A stretch of DNA of 64,000 nucleotides. It comes from an uncultured Planctomycetaceae bacterium (GTDB taxonomy: Bacteria > Planctomycetota > Planctomycetia > Isosphaerales > Isosphaeraceae). Where the stretch lies: the NCBI GenBank assembly GCA_963833985.1, contig CAWIAD010000002.1:4512001-4576000 (forward strand), given 5' to 3'. Made by a program: the position numbers and the translations under genes. Position 1 is the first letter of the stretch. Each line of letters opens with the position of its first letter. Positions 1 to 10,705 of the stretch are shown in pieces. The notes under the pieces are model-generated. The model was not told where the DNA came from. It saw nothing but the letters and a program-made list of their open reading frames with translations, and searched no databases.

Positions 1-62
1 TGCTCGCGGCTCTCCTCCGAGAGCTTCTGCTCCTCCTGGTAAATCAGCAGCAGGTATTTCAT
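1..62 (-). CDS. YciI/DGPF-family protein, N-terminus only (runs off the window edge)
   Basis: Reverse strand from ATG at 62 reads [20 protein letters not shown], a typical DGPF/YciI N-terminus. ATGA overlap with the upstream ORF (59-62). Lies next to an ECF42-type sigma gene. Confidence 0.75.
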   Translation of the reverse strand, partial: MKYLLLIYQEEQKLSEESRE

Positions 63-265
63 GGCCGGGCGTCCCCCGAGAGATGGGAGATCTGAGCGTG
101 CGCGGCCTTGCAGGTGAGGTCGATCTCGTCCATGAGCAATGCCATGGCCGATCTCAGTGCGGCCACGGGCCGCTCGGTGGCGCAGATGTAGCTGGCAAGC
201 GGCTCGACGACGCGCACCAGCTCCCTGACCGTCGCCGGTTCAAGCTCGCGGTACAGGCGGTTCAT
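59..265 (-). CDS. small hypothetical protein (68 aa)
   Basis: AGGAG RBS upstream of ATG at 265 ([13 protein letters not shown]...). Stop overlaps the YciI start codon (ATGA). Confidence 0.65.
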   Translation of the reverse strand: MNRLYRELEPATVRELVRVVEPLASYICATERPVAALRSAMALLMDEIDLTCKAAHAQISHLSGDARP

Positions 266-323
266 CTCGGATCTCCTGGTTTCGATGGTTCCTCTTTTCG
301 GAATCACGATGCTTGCGACACAA

Positions 324-351
324 TGTCGAATGGTGACTGTTCGGATCGACA
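324..351. promoter_or_regulatory. putative bidirectional ECF42-type promoter (TGTCGA-N17-CGAC on both strands)
   Basis: TGTCGA at 324-329 and its reverse complement TCGACA at 346-351. Resembles the ECF42 consensus (-35 TGTCGA, -10 CG[A/T]C) and sits between the divergent sigma and DGPF genes. Confidence 0.6.
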
Positions 352-380
352 GGCCCTTCGAAAAAATCGCGGGATCGAGC

Positions 381-1626
381 ATGACCGACGACCTGAACAC
401 GATCATCGATGAGATCTATCGCACGGACTGGGGCCGTCTCGTCGCGGCGATGATCCGCTTCGTCAACGATTTCGAGCTGGCGGAAGAGTGTGTCCAGGAA
501 GCATTTACAGCGGCCTTGACGGAATGGCGCGGTGCCGGGGTGCCGCAATCGCCGCAAGCATGGATTGTTCAGACCGCCCGGCACAAGGCCATTGACCGGA
601 TCCGCCGCCGGACGATGATCGCGGAAAAACTGAAGGTCTACGCGGCTCTCAGGTCGGTCACGGACGCGGACGAACTTGACGAGGATTCCGAACACATTCC
701 CGACGAGCGGTTGCGATTGATCTTCACCTGCTGCCACCCGGCACTGGCCGTGGAAGCCCAGATCGCGCTCACGCTCCGGACCCTGTGCGGACTGGAGACC
801 GAGGAGATCGCCCGGGCGTTTCTCGTGCCCACGACCACGATGGCCCAGCGGCTGGTACGCGCCAAGCGAAAAATTCGCGATGCCGGAATTCCGTTCTCCA
901 TCCCCGACCAGAACGACTTGCCGGCACGTCTTGACGCCGTGCTCACGGTGATCTACCTGGTCTTCAACGAGGGCTACGCGGCCACGCGCGGCGAGACGCT
1001 GGTGCGTGCCGACCTCTGCGCCGAGGCAATCCGCCTGGCACGGCTGCTCCGGAGCCTGATGAGCGCCGGACCGCCCGGAGAGGTGGCCGCGCTGCTGGCG
1101 CTCATGCTGCTGCATGATTCGCGCCGCGCGGCGCGGTCCAGTGCCAGCGGCGACCTTGTGCTGCTCGAGCATCAGGATCGCCGGCTCTGGAACCACCCGC
1201 AGATCGCCGAGGCGCTTCCCCTGGTGGAGGAGGCGTTTCGCGCCGGGGTGGGGCCATTCGCCCTGCAAGCGGCCATCTCGGCGGAGCACTGCCGCGCAGC
1301 CCGGGCCGACGAGACTGACTCGGCGCAGATCCTCAGGCTCTACGACCTGCTCGAACGGCTCCGTCCCTCGCCCGTTGTCTCCTTGAACCGGGCTGTGGCC
1401 GTCTCGCAGGTGCACGGACCTCAAGCTGCACTGGCGCTGGTGGAAACCCTCGTGGCCGCCGGCCACCTGGAGGGCTATTACTTGCTGCACGCGACGCGCG
1501 CGGACCTGCTGCGCCGCACGGGTTCGCGATCCGAGGCGCAGACGAGCTATGCGCCGCGCCCTCGAGCTGGCGACCAACGAACAGGAGCGAAAGTTCCTCG
1601 CCCAGCGGCTCCGCGAGCTGGACTGA
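381..1626 (+). CDS. ECF42-type RNA polymerase sigma factor with long C-terminal extension (DUF6596/TPR-like); apparent frameshift near 1552
   Basis: Motifs [58 protein letters not shown]. The canonical C-terminus [23 protein letters not shown] is in another frame and ends at 1626. Confidence 0.9.
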
Positions 1627-1731
1627 CACGGGCCAGCAGCTTGTTCGAGGATTGCCTGTCCGGCATCGGGGGCACAGGGTTGTCTTCAGGGCCCCGCGGC
1701 GCGTCGTATATGAGTGCAACCGCCTGCCAGG

Positions 1732-4339
1732 TTAATGCACGGTTCCACGTATTTGATCCGCCATCCGCGACAGGTGGTTTCTCCTTTCCAGGGCACGATT
1801 CAGGGCATCGAGACGGGGCGGGCTGCCGACGAAGGTCCCGGTCGGGAACCGGTAGTAATCCAGCAGACCCGCCAGGATGCGTTCGCCGATGTAAGAGTTC
1901 AGCGACATGCCGGCAAGATACTGGAGCCGCAGGTTACGGTCCCTGTTGATCTGGGCCCCACGCGTCCACTCTTCCAGCATCGATGCCTGCCCCGAGTAGG
2001 TGGAGAGCAGATCCACGCTCTCATCGTTCAGTTGCGCCGCACCCTCGCCACCGGTATTCAGTTCGCCGAAGCCGACCTCGTGCAGCGACTGGCTGACCTG
2101 CTTGTGATCCTCACGCTCGAGCCGCTCCTGAAACGCATCGACGTCGATCACGGTCGGCTCGACCTGGCCGAAGAGGATCGCGTCGTAGCCATGCCCCTCG
2201 CGATCGTTGCTCCAGAGGATCCCCTGGGGGAATGCCTCGAAGAACGTGGCGATCAGGCTCTTGACCGTTTCCTGGTTGCTCTCGTAGAGCGGCATCCAGA
2301 GGCAGACGCTCCCCCCGGATTCAGGTGGTCGCGGCACATCTCATAATATTCCACGGTGTTGAGTGCTGCGCATCCTTTCACCCAGGGGTCGATCGGATCG
2401 GATGTGATGATGTCGAACTTTTCACGGGTCGTGCGCAGGAAGTGCCTGCCGTCGTCGTACACCACCTGCACCTGCTTGCCGTTGACGGTATGCGGGTTCT
2501 CGCCCGCAATCCCGTCCACCACGTGGTAATTCTCGTTGCCGAACATCGGTGTGACGGTCGTGGGCACGAGCGGCTCGATGTCGCAGATGACGATGCGCTT
2601 CACATCCGGGTGCAGCACGAAGCTCCCCGCCGTGACCCCCGCTCCGCAAGCGACAACCAGCACCGATTCAGGCTTGCGGTGCAGGAGCGCGGGCAGGTGC
2701 CCCAGCATGCGCTGAAGCCGCATGTCCGCGGGCAGGGTGGACGCCTGGATCTTGCCTGCTCCGTGAAAGCTGCGCACACCATCTCGTGTCTCTGTGACCG
2801 CAACGGAGACGTTCGTCCCCTCGCCGACGTAGGTGCAGTAGACTTCCGGCTCGCCCGGGCCGGTGGGGACTTCCGTGACGAGGCCCGGTGCCGACCGCTC
2901 CAGCCAGCTCGCCGTGTGCCGGCCGAACGCCACGCTCATCCAGGGCACGGGCGTGACAGTCCAGGCACTCCATGAGGCAACACCCATGGCAACGCTCAGG
3001 GCAGCAATACCGCCGCACCGCGCCATCGTATTCGCGTGACGCAAGAGCGGCAGCAGGGCGACCATGGCCGCAAGGGCGGCAATGCCGATCAAAGCCTGCT
3101 CCGCGCGGGCGGTGCCGGCGGCAGGGATGAGCAGCAGGCTGAACGCCAGAGCACCGGCGATCGCTCCGACCGTGTTGGCCGCGTAGACCGCTCCCACCAG
3201 GCGCCCGGGGTCCTGCGCGGGCCGACACGGCCCTGAGCGCCAGCGGGAAGCTCGCACCCCACAGGCAAGCGGGCGGCAGCACGGCCCAGAGGCAGCGCAC
3301 CAGGTCGAGCTGGAAGAGATACCACGGGCTCGGCGACAGGGTGGGGACGATCGGCCAGTAGGGGAGCGACCGCGAGATCATGGCCGCCGTCCAGGCGATG
3401 GCCAGCGTCAGCAGCCACTGGCAGACTCCGAGGCCCAGCCGCGCCGTCGCGGTCTGGCGCGCCAGCACGGCCCCCACCCCGCTACCGATGCCCAGCCCCG
3501 TCAGGAACACCGCCAGGATCAGCGAGAAGCTGTAGACCGTGGCGCCGAGCATGAGCGAAAGCAGACGCGTCCAGACGACCTCGGCCCCGAGGGCGGACAT
3601 GCCGGAGAGCGCGATGGCCAGGTAGACAGACCCTGGCCCGCCGGCGCAGGAGGGCAGCCGCATCGGCCTCCGCATCCGGCGCCGGGTGATACGGCTCCAC
3701 GGCCGCCAGCACCAGGGCAAGACCCGCGACGAGGAGATTGATCGCACAGGCGACGTACGTCGCCACGGCCATGTCATACACACGCAGCAGGTAGAAGCCG
3801 GCCAGCAGGCAGCCGGACACGGCGCCGGCAAGGTTGCCGCCGTAGAAGAACCCCAGCCATGACACGCCCTTCGCGTCGGTCTGCACCCACCGCGCGATCG
3901 CCGGCAAGGTCGCGCCCAGCAGCAGCGTCGGCGGCAGCAAGCACACTCCGGCCACGACCCCGCGGAGCAGGACGCTCGGAAAACCATGACCCGCGGAGCG
4001 CACGTAGATGGACTCGACCTGGGGCATGCCGAAGAGCACCGCCAGGCTGATGCCGCCGATGCCCAGCTCCAGCAGCGCGTAAACCCTCAGGGGGTGCCAG
4101 CGCGTCGAGACCAGCCTTGGCAGCAGCAGGCTCCCCAGGCACATCCCCCCCATGAACGTCGCCAGCAGCACGCCAAGGGAGACTGCCGTCGAACCGATCA
4201 CAAGCTGCAAGAGCTGTAGCCAGACGACCTCGTAGACGAGGGCCGCGCATCCGCTGCCCATGAATAACACGAACAGCGACGGGAGGAACCGCTGTCCGCT
4301 GTCCGGCCGGGCGGCGTGTGCCAGATCGTCATAAGACAT
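1732..4339 (-). CDS. fused MFS-like membrane domain / spermidine synthase-like SAM-dependent protein; three apparent frameshifts (~3645, ~3225, ~2312)
   Basis: Four consecutive ORF pieces carry [48 protein letters not shown] and [21 protein letters not shown]. Confidence 0.85.
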
Positions 4340-4366
4340 AAACAACCGTCTTCCGTAACAGGCCAC

Positions 4367-5833
4367 TCATCCCTTGATCACGCCCACGGGGCGGAGCCGG
4401 GCGACCTTGCTGGAGATCCCCGCCTTGTGGACCACGTCGACCACCAGATCGACGTCCTTGTACGCGGCCGGCTGCTCCTCCGCGAGGCCCTTGTGGCCGC
4501 GGGCGCGGGCGATGATGCCCAGGGCGTCCAGCTCCCGGTCGATGCGCCGGCCCTCCGCCAGGCGTACCGCGGCGGTGCGGCTCATCATCCGGCCCGCACC
4601 GTGACAGGAGGTGCCGAACGAGTGCTGCATGGAACCCGGCTGGCCGACCAGCACCCAGCTCGCCGTACCCATGCTTCCGGGTATGATCACAGGCTGGCCA
4701 ATCCCGGCGTAGGCCGCGGGCGTCTCGGGGTGGCCGGGCGGGAAAGCCCGCGTCGCCCCCTTGCGATGCACACACACCTGCGCCTGCCGCCCGCCCACGT
4801 CGTGTTCCTCGAACTTGGCTATATTGTGGGCGACGTCGTACACCAGGTCCATGCCAAGCTGCTCCCACGGCTTGCCGAAGACCCGCGCGAAGACATCCCG
4901 CGCCTGGTGCGCCAGTAACTGGCGGTTGCACCAGGCGAAGTTCGCCGCGGCACGCATGGCGCCCAGGTAATCCTGGCCTTCCGGGCTGCGCACCCGGGCG
5001 CACGCAAGCTGCGCATCGGGGAGCTCAAAACCGTACTTGCGGGGCGCGTTCTTGAAGACCTTCAAGTAGTCGTCGCAGACCTGGTAGCCCAGCCCGCGCG
5101 AGCCGGAGTGGATGAGCACAGTCACCTGGCCCTCGCGCAGGCCCATCACCTCGGCGGCCGCCCGGTCGAGCACGCGATCGACCACCTGAACCTCGAGGAA
5201 GTGGTTGCCCGAACCAAGCGTCCCGCACTGGTCGGCCCCGCGCATGATGGCGCGCTCGCTCACCCGCCCCGGATCGGCGCCCGGCAGCCGTCCCTCGGCC
5301 TCGGTGAAGACCTGGTCGCGATCCGACGCGAATCCCTTGCCGACCAGGTACGAGACCCCCTGCTCCATGAGCTTGACCAGCTCCGGCTTCGGAAAGCTGA
5401 ACCGCCCGTGCTGCCCCACGCCGGTGGGCACGTCGCGAAAGAGCTGGTCCACCAGGGGACGGATCTTCTCCTTGACGTCGCTCCAGTCCAGGTTGGAGCG
5501 GAGCAGGCGGACGCCGCAGTTGATGTCGTAGCCAACACCGCCGGGCGAGATGACGCCCCCCTGCTCCGGGTCGGTCGCGGCCACTCCACCAATGCAAAAG
5601 CCATAGCCCCAGTGAATATCGGGCATGGCCATGCTGGCCTTCTGGATGCCCGGCAGGGTCGCCACGTTCACCACCTGTTCGGGACCCTGATCCTGCTTGA
5701 TCTGCGCGATGAGCGGCTCGTCCGCGAAGATGAGCCCGTCCACGCGCATGTCATCGCGGTAGCTCCTGGGAATCTTCCACTGGCAGGGCCCGACTTGCTC
5801 GAGGGGTCCGGTATAGCCTCCACTTTGGGCCAT
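4367..5833 (-). CDS. rtcB: RtcB-family RNA ligase (3'-phosphate/5'-OH)
   Basis: Motifs MPDIHWGYGFCIGGV, GGVGYDINCGVR, GTLGSGNHFLEVQ, HSGSRG, VAHNIAK, HRKGATRA, HGAGR, EEQPAAYKDVD. Confidence 0.96.
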   Translation of the reverse strand: MAQSGGYTGPLEQVGPCQWKIPRSYRDDMRVDGLIFADEPLIAQIKQDQGPEQVVNVATLPGIQKASMAMPDIHWGYGFCIGGVAATDPEQGGVISPGGVGYDINCGVRLLRSNLDWSDVKEKIRPLVDQLFRDVPTGVGQHGRFSFPKPELVKLMEQGVSYLVGKGFASDRDQVFTEAEGRLPGADPGRVSERAIMRGADQCGTLGSGNHFLEVQVVDRVLDRAAAEVMGLREGQVTVLIHSGSRGLGYQVCDDYLKVFKNAPRKYGFELPDAQLACARVRSPEGQDYLGAMRAAANFAWCNRQLLAHQARDVFARVFGKPWEQLGMDLVYDVAHNIAKFEEHDVGGRQAQVCVHRKGATRAFPPGHPETPAAYAGIGQPVIIPGSMGTASWVLVGQPGSMQHSFGTSCHGAGRMMSRTAAVRLAEGRRIDRELDALGIIARARGHKGLAEEQPAAYKDVDLVVDVVHKAGISSKVARLRPVGVIKG

Positions 5834-5917
5834 GGCTTGCTCCCTGGCCTCTGGCCGCTGGAGATCCTTGGTTCCGACATCGTCATTCTAACCGGACGCG
5901 ATGGAACGCGAACGGGT

Positions 5918-8900
5918 TCAGGGTCCCGGCGGTCCGCCCAGGCGATCGAGCGCTTGCTTGCGCGCATTCCATGCCGATGCGTCGAGCAGGCGGACGGAAT
6001 CATTGGCGTCAATTTCCATGCCGGTGATCACCTCGCACCAGAGGGCGATCCGGGCGGCGTCGCCGGGCAGTTCACGGGGAACCTGGCAAACGCGCGCGGT
6101 CTGGTCGAAACCGCCCGTGACGAACGTGTCGCCGTGCGGGGCGGCCGCCACGGCATGAACCTGATCGTCGTGCTCGATCGGAGGCCCAATCGGCCGCCGG
6201 GTGCGAAAATCCCAGAGCCGCGCCCCGTGGTCCCAGCTTCCCGTCACCACCGCCCGGCCGCCGTCGGTAAACTCGGCGGCGCTAATCCGGCCGCGGTGCT
6301 CCAGCGGTGCACCGGCGGGCTGGCCGGTGACTACGTCCCAGAACCGAATCGAATGATCGGCACAACCGGTCATGACGCATGTCCCGTCCGGGCTCACGCT
6401 CAACGACGTGACCTCGTCACCGTGTTTCAAGATGAGCTCGTGCTCCTTCTGGTCAGTACCGGTGCGGTGGATGCAGGCCGTGTGATCCGAGCTACCGCTG
6501 ATCACGGTCGTCTCGTCCGCACCAAATCGAAGACACGTCACCCAGTTGTGATGCGGCTGCTGGCTCTTGAACTCGCCGGTCGAGGTATCCCAGACACCCA
6601 CTCTGCCATCCTGAGTGCCCACCAGAACAAGATCCGACGTCGCCGAACCGTGCAGTGCCGTGATCCAGGAATTCAAGGCAAGCTTCGGGCCAATCGTTTT
6701 GCCTGTGTCGCGATCCCAGAGTTGAACCTCGCCACTCTCGGTCCCGGTGCAGATCCATCGATCGCGAGCGCAGAGTCCAGCCGAAAACAGGACACCCAGC
6801 CCCGAAATCGTGTGGCGCACCTGGCCCGACGCCACGTCGATGAGCAGGACGGAACCGTCGTTGGTGGCGATCAGCAAGCTGCGGTCCCAATGATCGAACG
6901 TGCATACGACTGCGGAGTCAGTCAGCGGGATCGCCGGCGCAACGAGCTGTTGCGTTTCCAGGTTCCACAACCGCACCTCGGGGGTCCGAAAGGGACGGCC
7001 GCCCGCGGTGGCGACATAGCGGCCGTCATGGCTGATGGCTGCCCACGCGACATCTCCCGCGCTCACCAGGCGGCGTTCGGGCCTCCAGCGCGACAGCGAC
7101 CAAGCACGGGCCGAACCATCTGAACCCACGGAGTGAAAGGCCCTGTCGTCAGGCCCGAAAGCCGCGGCTGCCACGGTGCTTTCGTGGGGCAAGGGCGGAC
7201 CGAGCGGTCGGCTTTCGGGCACGCTCCAGAGCCGCGCACTCTTGAAGCTGGTCGTGAGCAGGTGCTTGCCATTGTGACTGAAAACGACGTGGGTTACCGG
7301 GTCATCGTGCTGCATGGGCGCTCCGACGAGACGTCCCGTAGCCGTATCCCAGAGCCTGGCCATCTGGTCTCGATCGGCCGTCGCCAGCATGCTGGCGTCA
7401 GGACGGAATCGAGCTTCCGCCGTGATCGTCTGGGTGGGGATCTCGATTGACTTCTGTCCGGTGCGAAGATGACAGATCGCGAGCCTGGGCTCCGAAGTGC
7501 CGACGGCCAGAACGTCCGCTTGCGGTGCCAGCGCAATCGTCTCGATAGGCCTGACGAACGTGATGGGGGAGCCGATCAAGGTTCCTTCGTCGATCTTCCA
7601 GATGCGTACTTTCCGGTCCCGTGCGGCCGTGGCCAGTGTCTTGCCGTCCTTGCTGAGAGACACCAGATAAACGGGCCTGGGATGCACCAGCGGCTGGCCG
7701 ATGGGTTGGCCGGTCACGGCGTTCCAGATTCTTGCGGTTCCGTCATCGTGGGCCGTGGCGATCACGGTGCCGCCGGCGTCTATGGTCACGGCACCAACCG
7801 GCGCCCGGGTGTCGAATTCAAGGTCGGGCCCACGTTCCCCGCCAAGCTGCCGAAGATGAACGAGGTGCCCCTCTTCCACAGTCAGCAGCAGGTCTCCGTC
7901 GCGGGCCATGTACGCCACTTCGGCGTTCCTGGCGCCTGGCAGAAACGACTCGAGCGCGGCCTCTTGCCGCGACCAGCTTTCCAGGTTCATGCGAATGATG
8001 CGGTCCAGGTCGCTCGCTCCGGGAGGCGCAAGCTGGAGTGCGCGGGCCAGCCACAAGAGCCCGGCCGGCACGTCTCCCCGATCGCACCGCGACAGTCCGT
8101 TTTCGAGAGCAAAGCTTGCCGACAGACGGCTCAGGCTGGTGACGGACTGGGTCTTGTGGATCGCGAAGACGGCGAGCAGCACCACGAAGGCAAGGGCTGC
8201 CGCGGCCGCCAGGCTACTGGCCAGCGCCAGCGCCGGGTTGCGGCAGGCCCAGCGCCAGAGCAGCTCGGGCTTGCTCACGTCGCGCGCCCGAATCGGCCTG
8301 CGGTCCAGGTAGCGCCGCAGGTCGTCCGCCAGCTCGGCCGCCGTCTGGTAGCGCCAGCCCGGCTCCTTCGCCATCGCCTTCAAGCAGATGGTTTCCAGGT
8401 CGCGCGGAATCTTGTCATTGGTCCGGCGCGGTGGACGCGGTTCCTCGCTCAGAACCTGCTGGATGATCATCGACCACGACCCGCGAAACGGCAGTTCGCC
8501 GCAGAGCAACTGGTACAGCACCACACCCAGCGAGTAGACGTCGCTGCGGCGGTCGGCCTCGTGTGCTTTCCCGGCCGCCTGCTCCGGGCTCATGTAAGCG
8601 GGCGTGCCGACGATCTGGCCGTCGATCGTGAGCACCACCTCCGCCGTTTCGCGCAGGGCCAGGCCGAAATCGACGATCACCGGGCGGCCGATGGGCCGAT
8701 CAACCAGGGCCTCGGTGACCGCGGCTGACGGCGGCCGGGTGAACTCGATGCCGGCGTACTCGATCATCAGGTTGGCGGGCTTGATGTCTCGATGCACCAG
8801 CCCCCGGTCGTGCGCATGATGCAGGGCCTCGGCGACCTCGGCCACCAGCCGGGCGGCCTCCTCGAAGGTGAGCTTTCGCACCTCGATCAGGTCTTTGAGC

Positions 8901-9487
8901 GTCACGCCCTCCACGAACTCGGAAACGATCGCGGTGACGTCACCCTCGGTGACCACTTCATGCACCGGCACAATTCCCGGGTGCCGCAGCGCCGCGGCTG
9001 CCTGCGCCTCGCGCCAGAACCTGCCGTGAAAATCCGCGGTATCGAGGGCGTCCTCGTGGGGGATCTTGAGCGCGACGGGCCGGTGAAGCTGGGTGTCAAA
9101 AGCCCGCCAGACGACCCCGAACGTCCCCTGCCCCACGCGCTTGATCAGTCGAAACCGGGCCAGAACCTGGCTTGCTCCCCGCCCGGTTGGGTTCTTGGGC
9201 AGCTCGACGCGGAAGTAACTGCCGCAGTGCGTGCAGACGAGCTTGCCGGGAGCATCGTCCGCGGTCGCCAGCGGGTTGCGGCAGTGCGGACACGTCAGGT
9301 GCGGTTCGTCGACCGTGGAAAGATCGGTCGTCGCGTGATCGTGCGGCGCCAGGGTCTGGTCCTGGATGGTCGAGTCGGAGATACCGCTGCGCAGCGTCGA
9401 CGGCTGCGCGTCGGGACGCTCTGGCTCATCTGCGACCCGCGGAGACTCCGGGTCGGCCACGGTTGATTCTTGCCCGTCCGGCGCCAT
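5918..9487 (-). CDS. Hanks-type Ser/Thr kinase with N-terminal Zn ribbon, TM helix and C-terminal WD40 repeats
   Basis: CPHC..CTHC, GQGTFGVV, VALKIP, HRDIKPAN, DFG, GTPAYMSPEQ, a hydrophobic helix, then many ...W[D/N] WD40 units. Confidence 0.93.
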   Translation of the reverse strand: MAPDGQESTVADPESPRVADEPERPDAQPSTLRSGISDSTIQDQTLAPHDHATTDLSTVDEPHLTCPHCRNPLATADDAPGKLVCTHCGSYFRVELPKNPTGRGASQVLARFRLIKRVGQGTFGVVWRAFDTQLHRPVALKIPHEDALDTADFHGRFWREAQAAAALRHPGIVPVHEVVTEGDVTAIVSEFVEGVTLKDLIEVRKLTFEEAARLVAEVAEALHHAHDRGLVHRDIKPANLMIEYAGIEFTRPPSAAVTEALVDRPIGRPVIVDFGLALRETAEVVLTIDGQIVGTPAYMSPEQAAGKAHEADRRSDVYSLGVVLYQLLCGELPFRGSWSMIIQQVLSEEPRPPRRTNDKIPRDLETICLKAMAKEPGWRYQTAAELADDLRRYLDRRPIRARDVSKPELLWRWACRNPALALASSLAAAAALAFVVLLAVFAIHKTQSVTSLSRLSASFALENGLSRCDRGDVPAGLLWLARALQLAPPGASDLDRIIRMNLESWSRQEAALESFLPGARNAEVAYMARDGDLLLTVEEGHLVHLRQLGGERGPDLEFDTRAPVGAVTIDAGGTVIATAHDDGTARIWNAVTGQPIGQPLVHPRPVYLVSLSKDGKTLATAARDRKVRIWKIDEGTLIGSPITFVRPIETIALAPQADVLAVGTSEPRLAICHLRTGQKSIEIPTQTITAEARFRPDASMLATADRDQMARLWDTATGRLVGAPMQHDDPVTHVVFSHNGKHLLTTSFKSARLWSVPESRPLGPPLPHESTVAAAAFGPDDRAFHSVGSDGSARAWSLSRWRPERRLVSAGDVAWAAISHDGRYVATAGGRPFRTPEVRLWNLETQQLVAPAIPLTDSAVVCTFDHWDRSLLIATNDGSVLLIDVASGQVRHTISGLGVLFSAGLCARDRWICTGTESGEVQLWDRDTGKTIGPKLALNSWITALHGSATSDLVLVGTQDGRVGVWDTSTGEFKSQQPHHNWVTCLRFGADETTVISGSSDHTACIHRTGTDQKEHELILKHGDEVTSLSVSPDGTCVMTGCADHSIRFWDVVTGQPAGAPLEHRGRISAAEFTDGGRAVVTGSWDHGARLWDFRTRRPIGPPIEHDDQVHAVAAAPHGDTFVTGGFDQTARVCQVPRELPGDAARIALWCEVITGMEIDANDSVRLLDASAWNARKQALDRLGGPPGP

Positions 9488-9658
9488 TCCGCTCGACTCC
9501 CGACAACACCGTGCATTTCCACAATGGTCGCTTGCCGCCCGTACGGAACGCAAGACGTTTTGCGTCGCGGCCACGGGCGGGAAGCAACCAGGAGCGGCAT
9601 GACTTCAGTAACGCTTGCCTTGCGGAACCGACGACGAGACCTCGACATGCCCGCGGCT

Positions 9659-10262
9659 TCAAGCCTCGGTCGCAGGCGGCTCGGGACAGGGTTGGGGAGT
9701 AACAGGCTTGGGGCCGGTCGGTTTCTTCCCCCCTCCCATTCCCCCTTCGCCTCCGCCTGTTTCGCATGTCCCACACGGCGTTCCACCCAGCGTCTTGCAG
9801 AGCGGGGGGCTGCAATTGGGCTGACAGTTTCCATCCTTGAACTGGCAGCCCCCCGTCAGGGCGGCCGGGACCGCTCCCTTCAAGCCCGCAGGCGGCGCCG
9901 TCACACCGGAAAGCGGCTGAAACTTCAAGGCGGCTTCCAGGATTGTGTACATCTGGTTCGCTGCCGCGTAAAGATGATTGCAGATGATATCGAAGGCAAC
10001 CACTTCCAGGACGTGCTTGGCCGTTCCCTCGCAGATGGCCGCACGGATCCTGTCACGTTGCTGCTCGGTGACGAAGGCTCCGTAGAGGTGCCCGTCGATC
10101 CGAAAGCGGCAGGGGAGCAGTTCCACGTCGTCCCCCTCCGGCGGGTCCGAGCCCGTGATTGTCGAGAGCCGCTCCAGCGCCTCGACGGCCTTCAAATTCG
10201 CCGCGTCGAGCAGCTTGAACACGCCCCAGAGCTCGATCGCGCAAGATCTGATCTTCGGTCAT
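9659..10262 (-). CDS. hypothetical protein with Cys-rich, Gly/Pro-rich C-terminus
   Basis: ORF 9659-10222. An RBS-preceded ATG at 10262 (MTEDQILR) is out of frame and probably joins through an indel near 10240. Confidence 0.6.
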
Positions 10263-10705
10263 ACTCGAGGCCCCTCGATGCAAGAGTGATCGGAACGAAG
10301 TGAGATCGAAATGCGGCCAGGGATTCACCGCGCGGGAACCGAGCAACCGCGGGCTCTACCCGGATCGGTGCCGCTCGCCCGGGTCAAAGTCGCGAACAGC
10401 GTGACGATGACAGGGAGTGCGAGGCTCCTGCCGAGCCGACAGCCAGTGGGACTCGGCCGGAGCCTCGTCCTCCTGGAAACTCGTTTGCTCGCGTTTCCTC
10501 AGCTCGACGGCCGGCCTGGCCTCGAAGTCCACTCAGGAACCAGAACGAAATGCCCGGAACGGAAATCCTGCAACGCAGTGTGGCCTTCAAAATGTGTACG
10601 TGACATCCGGCCGATCAAGTTTACAAGGAACAGCAGGCGAGCGGAAGCGCCCGGATCGAGCTTTTTCATGACATTCCCGTGACCGTGTGCGAACCATCTC
10701 AACAG

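Noticed and set aside
4367..5833. rtcB as part of an RtcR/Ro60-Y RNA or anti-phage repair locus
   Set aside because: No such genes or tRNA-like elements flank it.
9659..9860. GG|Cys-rich segment as a RiPP precursor core
   Set aside because: No radical SAM, LanM, YcaO or peptidase-transporter gene is nearby, and the N-terminal region is long for a leader.
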